From Candidatus Nitrospira inopinata (lineage in GTDB: Bacteria; Nitrospirota; Nitrospiria; Nitrospirales; Nitrospiraceae), in contig NZ_LN885086.1 in NCBI RefSeq assembly GCF_001458695.1, forward strand, positions 90,001 to 122,000: 32,000 bases of DNA, given 5' to 3'. A model generated the notes under the pieces. The model saw nothing but the letters and a program-made list of their open reading frames with translations, had not been told where the DNA came from and made no database searches. A program made the translations under genes and the position numbers. Below are positions 1 to 8,791 of the stretch, piece after piece (the first letter of the stretch is position 1; every line of letters begins with the position of its first letter).

Positions 1-1438
1 CCGAGCCGTGGCCCGACACGGTCCGTCCGTTTTCCTGAAGTCGCACCGAGACCTCGCCTTGGGCGTCCGTTCCGCCGGTGAGGGCGTTGACCGCGAACAT
101 CACCAGCGTGCTTTTCGTCTGAGTCATGGCCGCGATGGTCCGATACACGGCGTCCACCGGTCCGTCGCCGGTTCCCGACTGTTTCACCGGCCGGCCGTCG
201 ATCTCCAGTTCAACCGTCGCCGTGGGAATTCGACCGGTCCCGGTCTCCAAGTGAAACGACTTGAGCACGATCCGCTCCCCCATCTTGGCCAGTTCGTCCG
301 AGACGATCGCCTCAAGATCTTCCTCGTAAATCTCCTTCTTTTGATCGGCGAGTCGTTTGAACCGCTCAAATGCGCGGTTGATTTCCTCGTCGCTCAGGCG
401 ATAGCCCAGCTCCTCCAACCGCTGTCGAAAGGCGTGCCGTCCCGAGAGCTTGCCCATCACCATTCGGCTCTCGACAAGACCGATCGATTCCGGCCGCATG
501 ATTTCGTAGGTGGTTTTCTCCTTGAGCAATCCATCTTGATGAATGCCCGAACTGTGCGCGAACGCGTTGGCCCCGACGACGGCCTTGTTCGGCTGCACCA
601 CCATGCCGGTGATCTTGCTGACGAGACGGCTGGTCTTGGCGATCTCTTCCGTCTTGATCCTGGTGTCGGCCTGGTAGAAATCTTTTCTTGTGCGGAGCCC
701 CATAACGATCTCTTCCAATGCCGTATTGCCGGCACGTTCTCCGATCCCGTTGATCGTGCACTCCACCTGCCCCGCTCCGTTGACGACGGCCGCCAGACTG
801 TTGGCCACGGCAAGGCCCAGGTCGTTGTGGCAATGGACGGAGATGACCGCCTGCTTGACGTTGGGCACCTTCTCACAGATTCCTTTGATCAACGCTCCGA
901 ATTCCTGCGGAATCGCATATCCCACCGTGTCGGGGATATTGACCGTCCCGGCTCCCGCCGCGATGACCGCCTCGATGACCTCGTACAAGTAGGCCGGATC
1001 GGACCGGCTGGCGTCCATGGGCGAAAATTCCACGTCATCGACATAGCCCCTCGCCCGTTGGACCATTTCCACCGCTCGCTTCTTGGCCTCCTCGCGCGTC
1101 ATCCGAAACTGATATTTGAGATGGATGTCGGAGGTCGATAAAAACGTATGGATGCGGGCCCTCGGCGCCCCCTTGAGCGCTTCCCACGCCCGATCGATGT
1201 CTTCCGGGCGGGCGCGGGCCAGGCTGCAGATGATCGGCCCCTCGACCTCCTGTGCAATCCGCCGCACCGCCTCGAAATCGCCGAGAGAACTGTACGCAAA
1301 GCCGGCCTCGATCACGTCGACTCCCAGACGGGCCAGTTGCTTGGCCACCATCAATTTTTCTTCCACGTTCATGCTGGCGCCGGGCGATTGCTCGCCGTCC
1401 CGCAACGTCGTATCGAATATGCGTATCATGCGCGTCAT
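1..1438 (-). CDS. leuA: 2-isopropylmalate synthase, C-terminus cut by the window edge
   Basis: Not in the ORF track because it runs off the window. The reverse complement from 1438 reads [47 protein letters not shown], the canonical LeuA/HMGL-like N-terminus. The frame stays open to position 1. The plus ORF 8..1141 is its antisense shadow. Confidence 0.9.
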   Translation of the reverse strand, partial: MTRMIRIFDTTLRDGEQSPGASMNVEEKLMVAKQLARLGVDVIEAGFAYSSLGDFEAVRRIAQEVEGPIICSLARARPEDIDRAWEALKGAPRARIHTFLSTSDIHLKYQFRMTREEAKKRAVEMVQRARGYVDDVEFSPMDASRSDPAYLYEVIEAVIAAGAGTVNIPDTVGYAIPQEFGALIKGICEKVPNVKQAVISVHCHNDLGLAVANSLAAVVNGAGQVECTINGIGERAGNTALEEIVMGLRTRKDFYQADTRIKTEEIAKTSRLVSKITGMVVQPNKAVVGANAFAHSSGIHQDGLLKEKTTYEIMRPESIGLVESRMVMGKLSGRHAFRQRLEELGYRLSDEEINRAFERFKRLADQKKEIYEEDLEAIVSDELAKMGERIVLKSFHLETGTGRIPTATVELEIDGRPVKQSGTGDGPVDAVYRTIAAMTQTKSTLVMFAVNALTGGTDAQGEVSVRLQENGRTVSGHGS

Positions 1439-1520
1439 CGTACCACCCCCATTGCCGCCGATCGCCGGCTTGTTTTCCAACCGGTGTGTGCTTCTCCGCC
1501 GGCCGGACGAATTGAGCCGT

Positions 1521-1565
1521 CAAATAAAATGCCTTCGCCCCTCTTCATTGATCAGGGACGAAGGC
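1521..1565 (-). terminator. Intrinsic terminator of the T-box leader
   Basis: Minus strand reads GCCUUCGUCCC (1565..1555), a loop, GGGGCGAAGGC (1541..1531), then AUUUUAUUU. The 5' arm is shared with the alternative antiterminator helix. Confidence 0.75.
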
Positions 1566-1780
1566 TTGACGCGCTCCGTGGTACCACCCTGTTTCGGCAC
1601 CGGTCGGTTCCCTGATCGGCGCCCTTCATTGCAGCCCGTCACGGGGGCCAGGCGGAACCCGCTACTCGAAGTTCACGGATTCTGGCTCGGAGGCGAGTTC
1701 GGCGACGTGTCGATTGGCTCGCACCATCCGCCAACTCTCTCGGACGACACGGCTCGCCTACTACTCCTCGTCACTGCCCT
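1521..1780 (-). promoter_or_regulatory. T-box riboswitch leader, Leu specifier CUC, upstream of leuA
   Basis: Minus-strand elements in order: GUGACGAGGAGUAGUAGG (stem I base), AGAGAG bulge plus GGUGCGA distal-loop-like motif, specifier-loop context GAA-CUC-G (CUC at 1697..1695), then T-box sequence AGGGUGGUACCACGG (1590..1576). The antiterminator (AGGG/CCCU plus ACGGAG/CUUCGU) is mutually exclusive with the terminator hairpin. Confidence 0.8.
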
Positions 1781-1826
1781 TTCCGGGACAACGTTTTCTC
1801 CCCTTTTCTTTCCTGCCGGTATCTTC

Positions 1827-2633
1827 TCACGCCTTCGATTCCGGCTCCGGCAATTCGGTCTTGGCGACTCCCTTCTTGCCGGCCGCCCGCACGATCAATC
1901 CCGCCAGCTTCTCGACCGGTCCCAACAACGCGTAGCCCGCAAAGACCACGAACAACATGACCGGCGGCCACGCCGTCACCATCATTAACCCAAGAATCCC
2001 CCACACGAGATAAGTGATTTGCTGAGGACCTCTGAATTTCAGGTCCTTGAAGCTGCGATACTTGATGGTGCTGACCATCAGAAACGCCAGCATCAGCGTT
2101 ACGATCAGCACGACGACCGGTTTGGTTTCCTGGCCCATTCGAAGGGCGTAATGATCGAAGACGACCAACGAAGCGACGACTCCGGCCGCGGCGGGAATGG
2201 CCAAGCCGGTGAAATACTTGCCGTCGGACAACGCCACCGTCGAGTTAAACCGAGCCAAGCGCACCGCCCCCATCGCCACGTAGGCAAACATGACGGCCAC
2301 CCCAAGGGTGCCTTGCCCGCTCAACGCCCAGGAATAGATGAGGAACCCCGGCGCCACCCCGAATGAAACGACGTCGGACAATGAATCGTATTCCAGTCCG
2401 AAATGGCTCGTGCTGTTGGTCAACCGAGCCGACTTGCCGTCGAGCACGTCGAACACCATGGCCACAAGAATGGCGACGGCCGCCGCCAAGTATTCCGCGT
2501 TGAAAACCAGCAGAATCGCGTACACGCCGCAGAACAAGTTGCCGGTCGTAAACAGATTCGGGATCAAATGCATGGCCGCCTTGCGCCGCTTGCCGTCCTT
2601 GCCGAAAGAGTGTTTCAATCCAGCGGACTTCAT
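1827..2633 (-). CDS. pssA: CDP-diacylglycerol--serine O-phosphatidyltransferase (CDP-alcohol phosphatidyltransferase family)
   Basis: From the internal Met the track ORF 1827..2831 reads MKSAGLKHS...IPNLFTTGNLFCGVYAIL...VFDVLDGKSARLTNSTSHFGLEYDSLSDVVSFGVAP, the D-G-x2-A-R...D-x3-D type motif. The ATG at 2633 overlaps the psd stop (ATGA). The upstream 66 codons overlap psd and are unlikely to be coding. Confidence 0.85.
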   Translation of the reverse strand: MKSAGLKHSFGKDGKRRKAAMHLIPNLFTTGNLFCGVYAILLVFNAEYLAAAVAILVAMVFDVLDGKSARLTNSTSHFGLEYDSLSDVVSFGVAPGFLIYSWALSGQGTLGVAVMFAYVAMGAVRLARFNSTVALSDGKYFTGLAIPAAAGVVASLVVFDHYALRMGQETKPVVVLIVTLMLAFLMVSTIKYRSFKDLKFRGPQQITYLVWGILGLMMVTAWPPVMLFVVFAGYALLGPVEKLAGLIVRAAGKKGVAKTELPEPESKA

Positions 2634-3355
2634 TGCAGTTCTCCTAATATGGTTTCCCCGCCTTTCACCTTGTCTCCGACGGCCACTCGAAGGCGCGTGC
2701 CGATCGGAAGAAAGGTGTCCATCCGCGATCCGAATCGAATCAACCCAAACCGTTCCCCCCGCACGGCCTGATCCCGAGCGGAAGCCCAACAGACGATGCG
2801 CCGGGCGATCAAGCCCGCGACCTGCACGCACAAGACTTTAAGCCCTTCCACCGTGCGAATCATCAACGCGTTCTGCTCGTTTCTCAGCGTGGCGTCAGGC
2901 CTGCTGGCGACTAAGAACGCCCCCGGTTGATATTGTACGTCTTCAATGACTCCGTCACAGGGGATGCGATTGATGTGCACGTTGAACACGTTCAAAAAAA
3001 TCGTCACGCGCAGCGCGCGATCCTTGAGATAGCGGGGCTCGAATTCCTCTTCGATGGCGATCACCTTGCCGTCTCCTGGCGCGACCACGAGGTGCGTGTC
3101 CCGGGGAATCACTCTGGCCGGATTTCTAAAGAACCAGGCGACGAACGCCGTCGCCAACCCCGCCATCACCGCCACCACGACCCATCCCATCCAGCCAGCC
3201 AACAGCGTCACGCCGGCCGGAACGGCAATGAAAGGAATGCCTTCCTTCGCGACCGGAAGACCAACCGCCCGATCGATCACGCCGTCTCCCCCACCACCGA
3301 GAAAATCCTTGTCGTCGCCGTCTTGATCATCACGAGACGGCTCAGGCACTTCCAA
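2630..3355 (-). CDS. psd: Phosphatidylserine decarboxylase proenzyme (short, Asd-type)
   Basis: Membrane N-terminus, then RVTIFLNVFNVHINRIPCDG and FGSRMD (G-S self-cleavage site context). The start is uncertain: TTG at 3355 or GTG at 3349, with AGGAA just upstream. Confidence 0.85.
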   Translation of the reverse strand: MEVPEPSRDDQDGDDKDFLGGGGDGVIDRAVGLPVAKEGIPFIAVPAGVTLLAGWMGWVVVAVMAGLATAFVAWFFRNPARVIPRDTHLVVAPGDGKVIAIEEEFEPRYLKDRALRVTIFLNVFNVHINRIPCDGVIEDVQYQPGAFLVASRPDATLRNEQNALMIRTVEGLKVLCVQVAGLIARRIVCWASARDQAVRGERFGLIRFGSRMDTFLPIGTRLRVAVGDKVKGGETILGELQ

Positions 3356-3440
3356 CGTTCCTACGACGACTTTTTTGCCTGAAGAACCATCACCGAAAAC
3401 GTCTCCTCGGAGTCAACCGAACCATCAGTCGATTGTCTCC

Positions 3441-4466
<1,026 letters not shown>

Positions 4467-4519
4467 TCACTAAAGACGTCGCGTGATCTCTTCCGGCTCG
4501 ACCTGCGCGGCGACACGTC

Positions 4520-5038
4520 TTATTCGCGCGCGACTTTTTTGGCCTGTGCGACGGCGGGTCGGATCGGCTCACGGGCGACGGCAACCCGCCCCGTTCGAAC
4601 CAATTCCTTGATTCCCAACGGCTGCAGCAAATTGATGATCGCTTCGATCTTCCTGGGATCACCCGACACTTCGATCGTATAGGTGCTGGGCGACGAATCG
4701 ATGACGTTGGCCCGAAAAATGTCCACGATTCTGAGCGCCTCAGCCCGATCCTCGTCCTTGGTGTGCACCTTGATCAGAGCCGTTTCCCGCGCAACGAATT
4801 CGGTTTCGTTCAAATCCACCACTTTAATGACATCGATCAGTTTGTTCAATTGTTTGACGATCTGCTCGATAATCCGATCGTCGCCCGAGGTCACCAACGT
4901 CATCTGCGACATCGATGGATCAAGGGTGGGAGCGACGGAGAGACTTTCGATATTGAAGCCCCGACCGCTGAACAGACCCGCAACCCTTGAAAGAACCCCG
5001 AATTTGTTCTCGACCGTAACGGAAATGATGTGTTCCAT
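4520..5038 (-). CDS. ilvN: Acetolactate synthase small (regulatory) subunit
   Basis: MEHIISVTVENKFGVLSRVAGLFSGRGFNIESLSV (ACT domain signature). The track ORF begins at a GTG at 5071, but the ATG at 5038 is preceded by AGGA at good spacing. Confidence 0.9.
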   Translation of the reverse strand: MEHIISVTVENKFGVLSRVAGLFSGRGFNIESLSVAPTLDPSMSQMTLVTSGDDRIIEQIVKQLNKLIDVIKVVDLNETEFVARETALIKVHTKDEDRAEALRIVDIFRANVIDSSPSTYTIEVSGDPRKIEAIINLLQPLGIKELVRTGRVAVAREPIRPAVAQAKKVARE

Positions 5039-5125
5039 ATTCCTAGGCGCCGAGATCAACGAGCCGGACACCGAAGTGCGGTCATCCTGCGTCGATGCCT
5101 CCGAGCCTTCCCTACAGCCTAATCC

Positions 5126-6901
5126 TTACGCCGTTAACACCGTATCTTTGTCTTCCGGCACCGCCTTCCCGACGCCGGTCTGTTTCTTCTTCAATTCCGG
5201 AGGATCTTCGAGGATCATTTCGTGATTGCAGCCCCCAGCCGGAATCATCGGGTAACAGTTTTCATACGGGTAGGTCGGCACGTCCACGATGACGGGGCCG
5301 TCCGTCTCCAGAGCCGCTTTCAACACCCCGTCAAGATCCGCCAGTTTCTCGGCCCGCAGCCCGACCGCGCCATAGGCCTCGGCCAGCTTGACAAAATCAG
5401 GCGTGCCGCCCAAATAACTCGACGCGTACCGCCCGTTGTAGAAGAGGTCCTGCCACTGCCGCACCATCCCGTGAAAGCGGTTGTTCAGCACGATGATCTT
5501 CACCGGCAATTTACTGACCACCGCGGTCGCCATTTCCTGCATATTCATCTGAACGCTGCCGTCCCCCGCGATACAGAGAACCAGCCGATCACGGAACGCG
5601 GCCTGCGCGCCCATGGCCGCGGGAAATCCGAAGCCCATGGTTCCAAGCCCGCCGGACGTCAGCCACCGGTTCGGCTTCGCCAATTTGAAATATTGCGCCG
5701 CCCACATTTGATGCTGGCCCACGTCGGTCGAGACGATCGGATCTCGATCCTTCGTCAGTTCATAGAGGCGTTTGACGACGTGCTGCGGCTTGATCGGTCC
5801 GTCCTGTTCCTGGTGATAGGTCAACGGGTGCATCTTCTGCCATTGATGAATTTGATCCCACCAGGGTTTCCGAAGCTCTTTCTGATCGCCGTTCACCGTC
5901 GCACGGAGAATTTGATTCAACTCGCGCAGCACGGCCTTGCAATCTCCCACGATCGGAATATCGACGTGAATGTTTTTCCGAATCGACGTCGGATCAATGT
6001 CGATGTGAATGACCTTTGCGTGCGGACAGAATTCCGACACTTTGCCCGTCACGCGATCGTCAAACCGCGCCCCGACGGCGATGACCAGATCGGAGTAATG
6101 GATGGCCATATTGGCGCAGTAGGTCCCGTGCATCCCCAGCATCCCCAGCGACAACGGATGCTCCCCCGGGAACACGCCGAGTCCCATGAGGGTCATATCG
6201 ACCGGAATCTGCGTCAGCTCGGCCAGTTCAAACAGCTCCTGCGAAGCGCCTGAAAAGACGACGCCCCCGCCCACGTACAGCACCGGCTTCTTGGCCTTGG
6301 CGATCGCCTCGGCAGCCTGTTTAATCTGCCATTTATTGCCTTCATAGGTCGGATTGTATCCGCGAATGGAGACGGATGTCGGATAGACGAATTCGGTCTG
6401 GTTCTGCGACACATCCTTCGGAATGTCGACCAACACCGGTCCGGGCCGGCCGGTCGTCGCGATATAAAATGCTTCCTTGATCGTCCGAGCCAAATCATTG
6501 ACGTCTTTGACCAGAAAATTATATTTCGTGCAGGGCCTGCTCAACCCGATATTGTCGGCTTCCTGAAACGCATCGTTTCCGATCAGGCTCGTCGGCACCT
6601 GGCCGCTGAAACAGACCACCGGCACGGAATCCATGTAGGCATCCGCCAACGCCGTAATCACGTTGGTCATTCCGGGCCCCGACGTCACCAGACAGACGCC
6701 CGCCTTGCCGGTCGCTTTGGCGTAGCCCTCGGCCATATGACCGGCCCCCTGCTCATGACGCGTGAGAACGACCTCGATGTCCTTTTGCTGATGGAGCATG
6801 TCGAAGATCTTCAAGACCACGCCTCCGGGAAGCGCAAAAACGGTCTTGACCCCTTCCCGCTTCAGACATTCGATGAAGATCTCGGCTCCGGTGAGTTTCA
6901 T
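5126..6901 (-). CDS. ilvB: Acetolactate synthase large (catalytic) subunit, ThDP-dependent
   Basis: MKLTGAEIFIECLKREGVKTVFALPGG..., HEQGAGHMAEGYA, and ThDP motif GDGSVQMNMQEMAT...NN. The ATG at 6901 has GGAGG 9 nt upstream. The track start at 6961 is an in-frame over-extension. Confidence 0.93.
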   Translation of the reverse strand: MKLTGAEIFIECLKREGVKTVFALPGGVVLKIFDMLHQQKDIEVVLTRHEQGAGHMAEGYAKATGKAGVCLVTSGPGMTNVITALADAYMDSVPVVCFSGQVPTSLIGNDAFQEADNIGLSRPCTKYNFLVKDVNDLARTIKEAFYIATTGRPGPVLVDIPKDVSQNQTEFVYPTSVSIRGYNPTYEGNKWQIKQAAEAIAKAKKPVLYVGGGVVFSGASQELFELAELTQIPVDMTLMGLGVFPGEHPLSLGMLGMHGTYCANMAIHYSDLVIAVGARFDDRVTGKVSEFCPHAKVIHIDIDPTSIRKNIHVDIPIVGDCKAVLRELNQILRATVNGDQKELRKPWWDQIHQWQKMHPLTYHQEQDGPIKPQHVVKRLYELTKDRDPIVSTDVGQHQMWAAQYFKLAKPNRWLTSGGLGTMGFGFPAAMGAQAAFRDRLVLCIAGDGSVQMNMQEMATAVVSKLPVKIIVLNNRFHGMVRQWQDLFYNGRYASSYLGGTPDFVKLAEAYGAVGLRAEKLADLDGVLKAALETDGPVIVDVPTYPYENCYPMIPAGGCNHEMILEDPPELKKKQTGVGKAVPEDKDTVLTA

Positions 6902-6998
6902 GTGAGTGTCCTCCTCGCCACGCTCGCCATGAGATTGAGGGATGTGCGAAATTGGCGTCAACCAAAAATACCTTAAAAATCAACGAGAAAGATTTTTG

Positions 6999-7028
6999 AT
7001 CGTACCACTCTTCTCAACAAAGGGTCAA
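6999..7028 (-). promoter_or_regulatory. Candidate sigma70-type promoter for ilvB
   Basis: Minus strand reads TTGACC (7028..7023), an 18-nt spacer, then TACGAT (7004..6999), in a visibly AT-richer spacer about 95 nt upstream of the ilvB ATG. Sequence pattern only. Confidence 0.3.
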
Positions 7029-7124
7029 GGGAACTGATCGGCATACAATAAAAGCACTAAAGAACATCCCGTCCTCGATCAAGAAGGTTCACGATGATCG
7101 TGGAAGAGCTCGCCGACCAAAGAA

Positions 7125-7564
7125 AGGCGCAAATGTGAAGGCCTATAAGCCGGATTCTGTGTCCATTCGAGCTTGCTCACTCGAACGGCGATGATCATTT
7201 CTCTGGGATTCGAGTTGCCTCGAACCTCAAGCGGCCTACCCGAAGATCTCGACCGGGCCGGTCGGTGCGCGAAACGCCCTGGAGCGTCCCGCGCGGCTCT
7301 TCCTATTTGGCCTTGCACCGGGCGACGCTTACCCTGCCGGTGATGTCGCCACCACCGCGGTGGGCTCTTACCCCACCCTTTCACCCTTGCCTGAGCCGCA
7401 GCGACCGGGTACACCCCCGTCGCCTCGGCCATCGGCGGTTTGCTTTCTGTGGTGCTGGTGTCGGATCGCTCCGCCTGGGAATTACCCAGCGCCCTGCCCT
7501 TGGAGTCCGGACTTTCCTCCCGATACTCTCGCATCGAGCGATCATCCGGCCTTCGCACCTGCGC
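7125..7564 (-). ncRNA. rnpB: RNase P RNA, bacterial type A
   Basis: Minus-strand universal motifs: GGAGGAAAGUCCGGACUCC (7520..7502), GCAAGGGUGAAAGGGUGGGGUAAGAGCCC (about 7390..7364), GCAAGGCCAAAUAGGA (7316..7301) and ACAGAAUCCGGCUUAUAGGC (7158..7139). The 5' end GCGCAGGUGCGAAGGCC pairs 16/17 with the 3' end GGCCUUCACAUUUGCGC (P1). Confidence 0.9.
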
Positions 7565-7570
7565 TGACGC

Positions 7571-7600
7571 AGTATAGAGAAGGAGAACGGAGCATGGCAA
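7571..7600 (-). promoter_or_regulatory. Candidate sigma70-type promoter of rnpB
   Basis: Minus strand reads TTGCCA (7600..7595), an 18-nt spacer, then TATACT (7576..7571). The G seven nt downstream (7564) is exactly the first nucleotide of the predicted P1 helix. Confidence 0.55.
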
Positions 7601-7782
7601 GGGCACCACGCGGCACTTCCGTGGCCTCCTCCAACATGCAGGTCCCTTCAAGTGAGGAATCAGAGACATTCTGCTTAGACCTCCGCAAACCCCGTCGGCC
7701 ATCGATCACACTACGAACCAGGGACTGCGCGCGAGACTTGCTCCAAATTTCAAGGGACGGACTTCAAGAACCGGCGGCCAAC

Positions 7783-8655
7783 TCACTGGTTTCCCACGGG
7801 GGGCAAGAGCCCATTGGGAGCCGGAGTCCTTTTTTGATAGATGGCCATGGCCTCCGGCATCCAGGCCTTCAATTGCTCGATTCGGGTCCCATGGCTGGGA
7901 TGGGTTGACAGAAATTCGGCCGGTCCTCCGCCGCTCGACAGCTCCGCCATCCGCTCCCATAACCCCACGGACTCGCGCGGGTCGTATCCCGCGTCGGCCG
8001 CCAAAAGGATTCCCACGTAATCCGCTTCCGATTCGTGTTTGCGGCTGAAGGGCAACAAGACTCCCACCTGCGCTCCCAATCCGAGCGCCGCCATTGTGGC
8101 CTGACCCAGCAAGGGATTACCTCCGCTCGCTCCGATCGCCGCCCCCGCCACTTGCAGCGCCGCATTGGTCAACTGCCCCTGACTCATCCGCTCCGCTCCG
8201 TGACGGGCCAAGGCATGGATCACTTCATGCCCCATGACGGCGGCCAATCCCGCCTCGGTTCTCGCCACGGGGAAAATGCCCGTGTACACGGCGATCTTGC
8301 CGCCGGGAAGCGCGAACGCGTTCGCCGTCCTGTCATCCTTGATGACCGTCACTTCCCATTCAAACTGTTTGGCCATCTCGGCATATTTCGATCGCTTCGC
8401 CGCCTCGATGATTCTGGCCGCCACCCGTTTGACCGGTTCCACTTCGCGCGGGTCCCTCGCCAATCGAATGTTGGGGTCGCTTTTCACCTGGGCGTAGGCT
8501 TGCTCCCCAAGCTGCATCTCCTGTGAGATCGACGTCATCAACAACTGAGACCGACCCGTATAGGGGTTGGTCTCGCAGCCGGCTACAGTCATTCCTCCCA
8601 TGAGCAACAGAACGGCCGTCCCGACGAAACGCATAACGTCTCGGCACCCTTGCAT
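7783..8655 (-). CDS. M48-family zinc metallopeptidase, predicted lipoprotein
   Basis: HExxH site in AAVMGHEVIHALARHGAER. Lipobox LLLMGGMTVAGC near the N-terminus. GGGAGGG lies 5 nt upstream of the ATG at 8655. The track ORF start at 8724 is probably an over-extension, and an alternative ATG exists at 8634. Confidence 0.8.
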   Translation of the reverse strand: MQGCRDVMRFVGTAVLLLMGGMTVAGCETNPYTGRSQLLMTSISQEMQLGEQAYAQVKSDPNIRLARDPREVEPVKRVAARIIEAAKRSKYAEMAKQFEWEVTVIKDDRTANAFALPGGKIAVYTGIFPVARTEAGLAAVMGHEVIHALARHGAERMSQGQLTNAALQVAGAAIGASGGNPLLGQATMAALGLGAQVGVLLPFSRKHESEADYVGILLAADAGYDPRESVGLWERMAELSSGGGPAEFLSTHPSHGTRIEQLKAWMPEAMAIYQKRTPAPNGLLPPVGNQ

Positions 8656-8791
8656 GGCGTCCCTCCCACCCCCGACCCGCCTCTCCGACGTGACAGCGGG
8701 GCTCTTCCTGCTTTTGACGGTCATTTGACCATGCCTCCGCCGTTCAGTAGAGTACCGCTCCTACCGCTGTTTTTCTAGGGGGAGTCGTCCC

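Noticed and set aside
8-1141. 377-aa plus-strand ORF at the left edge
   Set aside because: It is antisense to the leuA frame, which translates into an unmistakable LeuA sequence. The plus ORF product is Arg/Leu/Gly/Asp-rich with no recognisable motif. This is a typical shadow ORF in GC-rich DNA.
1827-2831. Full 334-aa version of the pssA ORF, and similar long N-terminal versions of ilvB (6961), ilvN (5071), rpoD (12366), HIT (14643), hisH (18378), the M48 peptidase (8724) and the DUF1566 gene (30121)
   Set aside because: The extensions overlap upstream genes or lack homology-like sequence. Internal ATGs with proper RBS spacing coincide with the canonical N-termini of the families.
6902-6932. 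Ten-codon upstream ORF (MASVARRTLT) ending in a TGA overlapping the ilvB ATG, considered as a BCAA attenuation leader peptide
   Set aside because: It contains only one Val and one Leu and no Ile run. No terminator/antiterminator pair follows it. It is probably a chance ORF spanning the RBS.
7079-7908. ORFs 7079..7702(-), 7265..7567(+) and 7360..7908(+)
   Set aside because: They lie over the RNase P RNA and its promoter. The conserved RNA motifs explain the region, and the translated products are Pro/Arg/Ser-rich nonsense.
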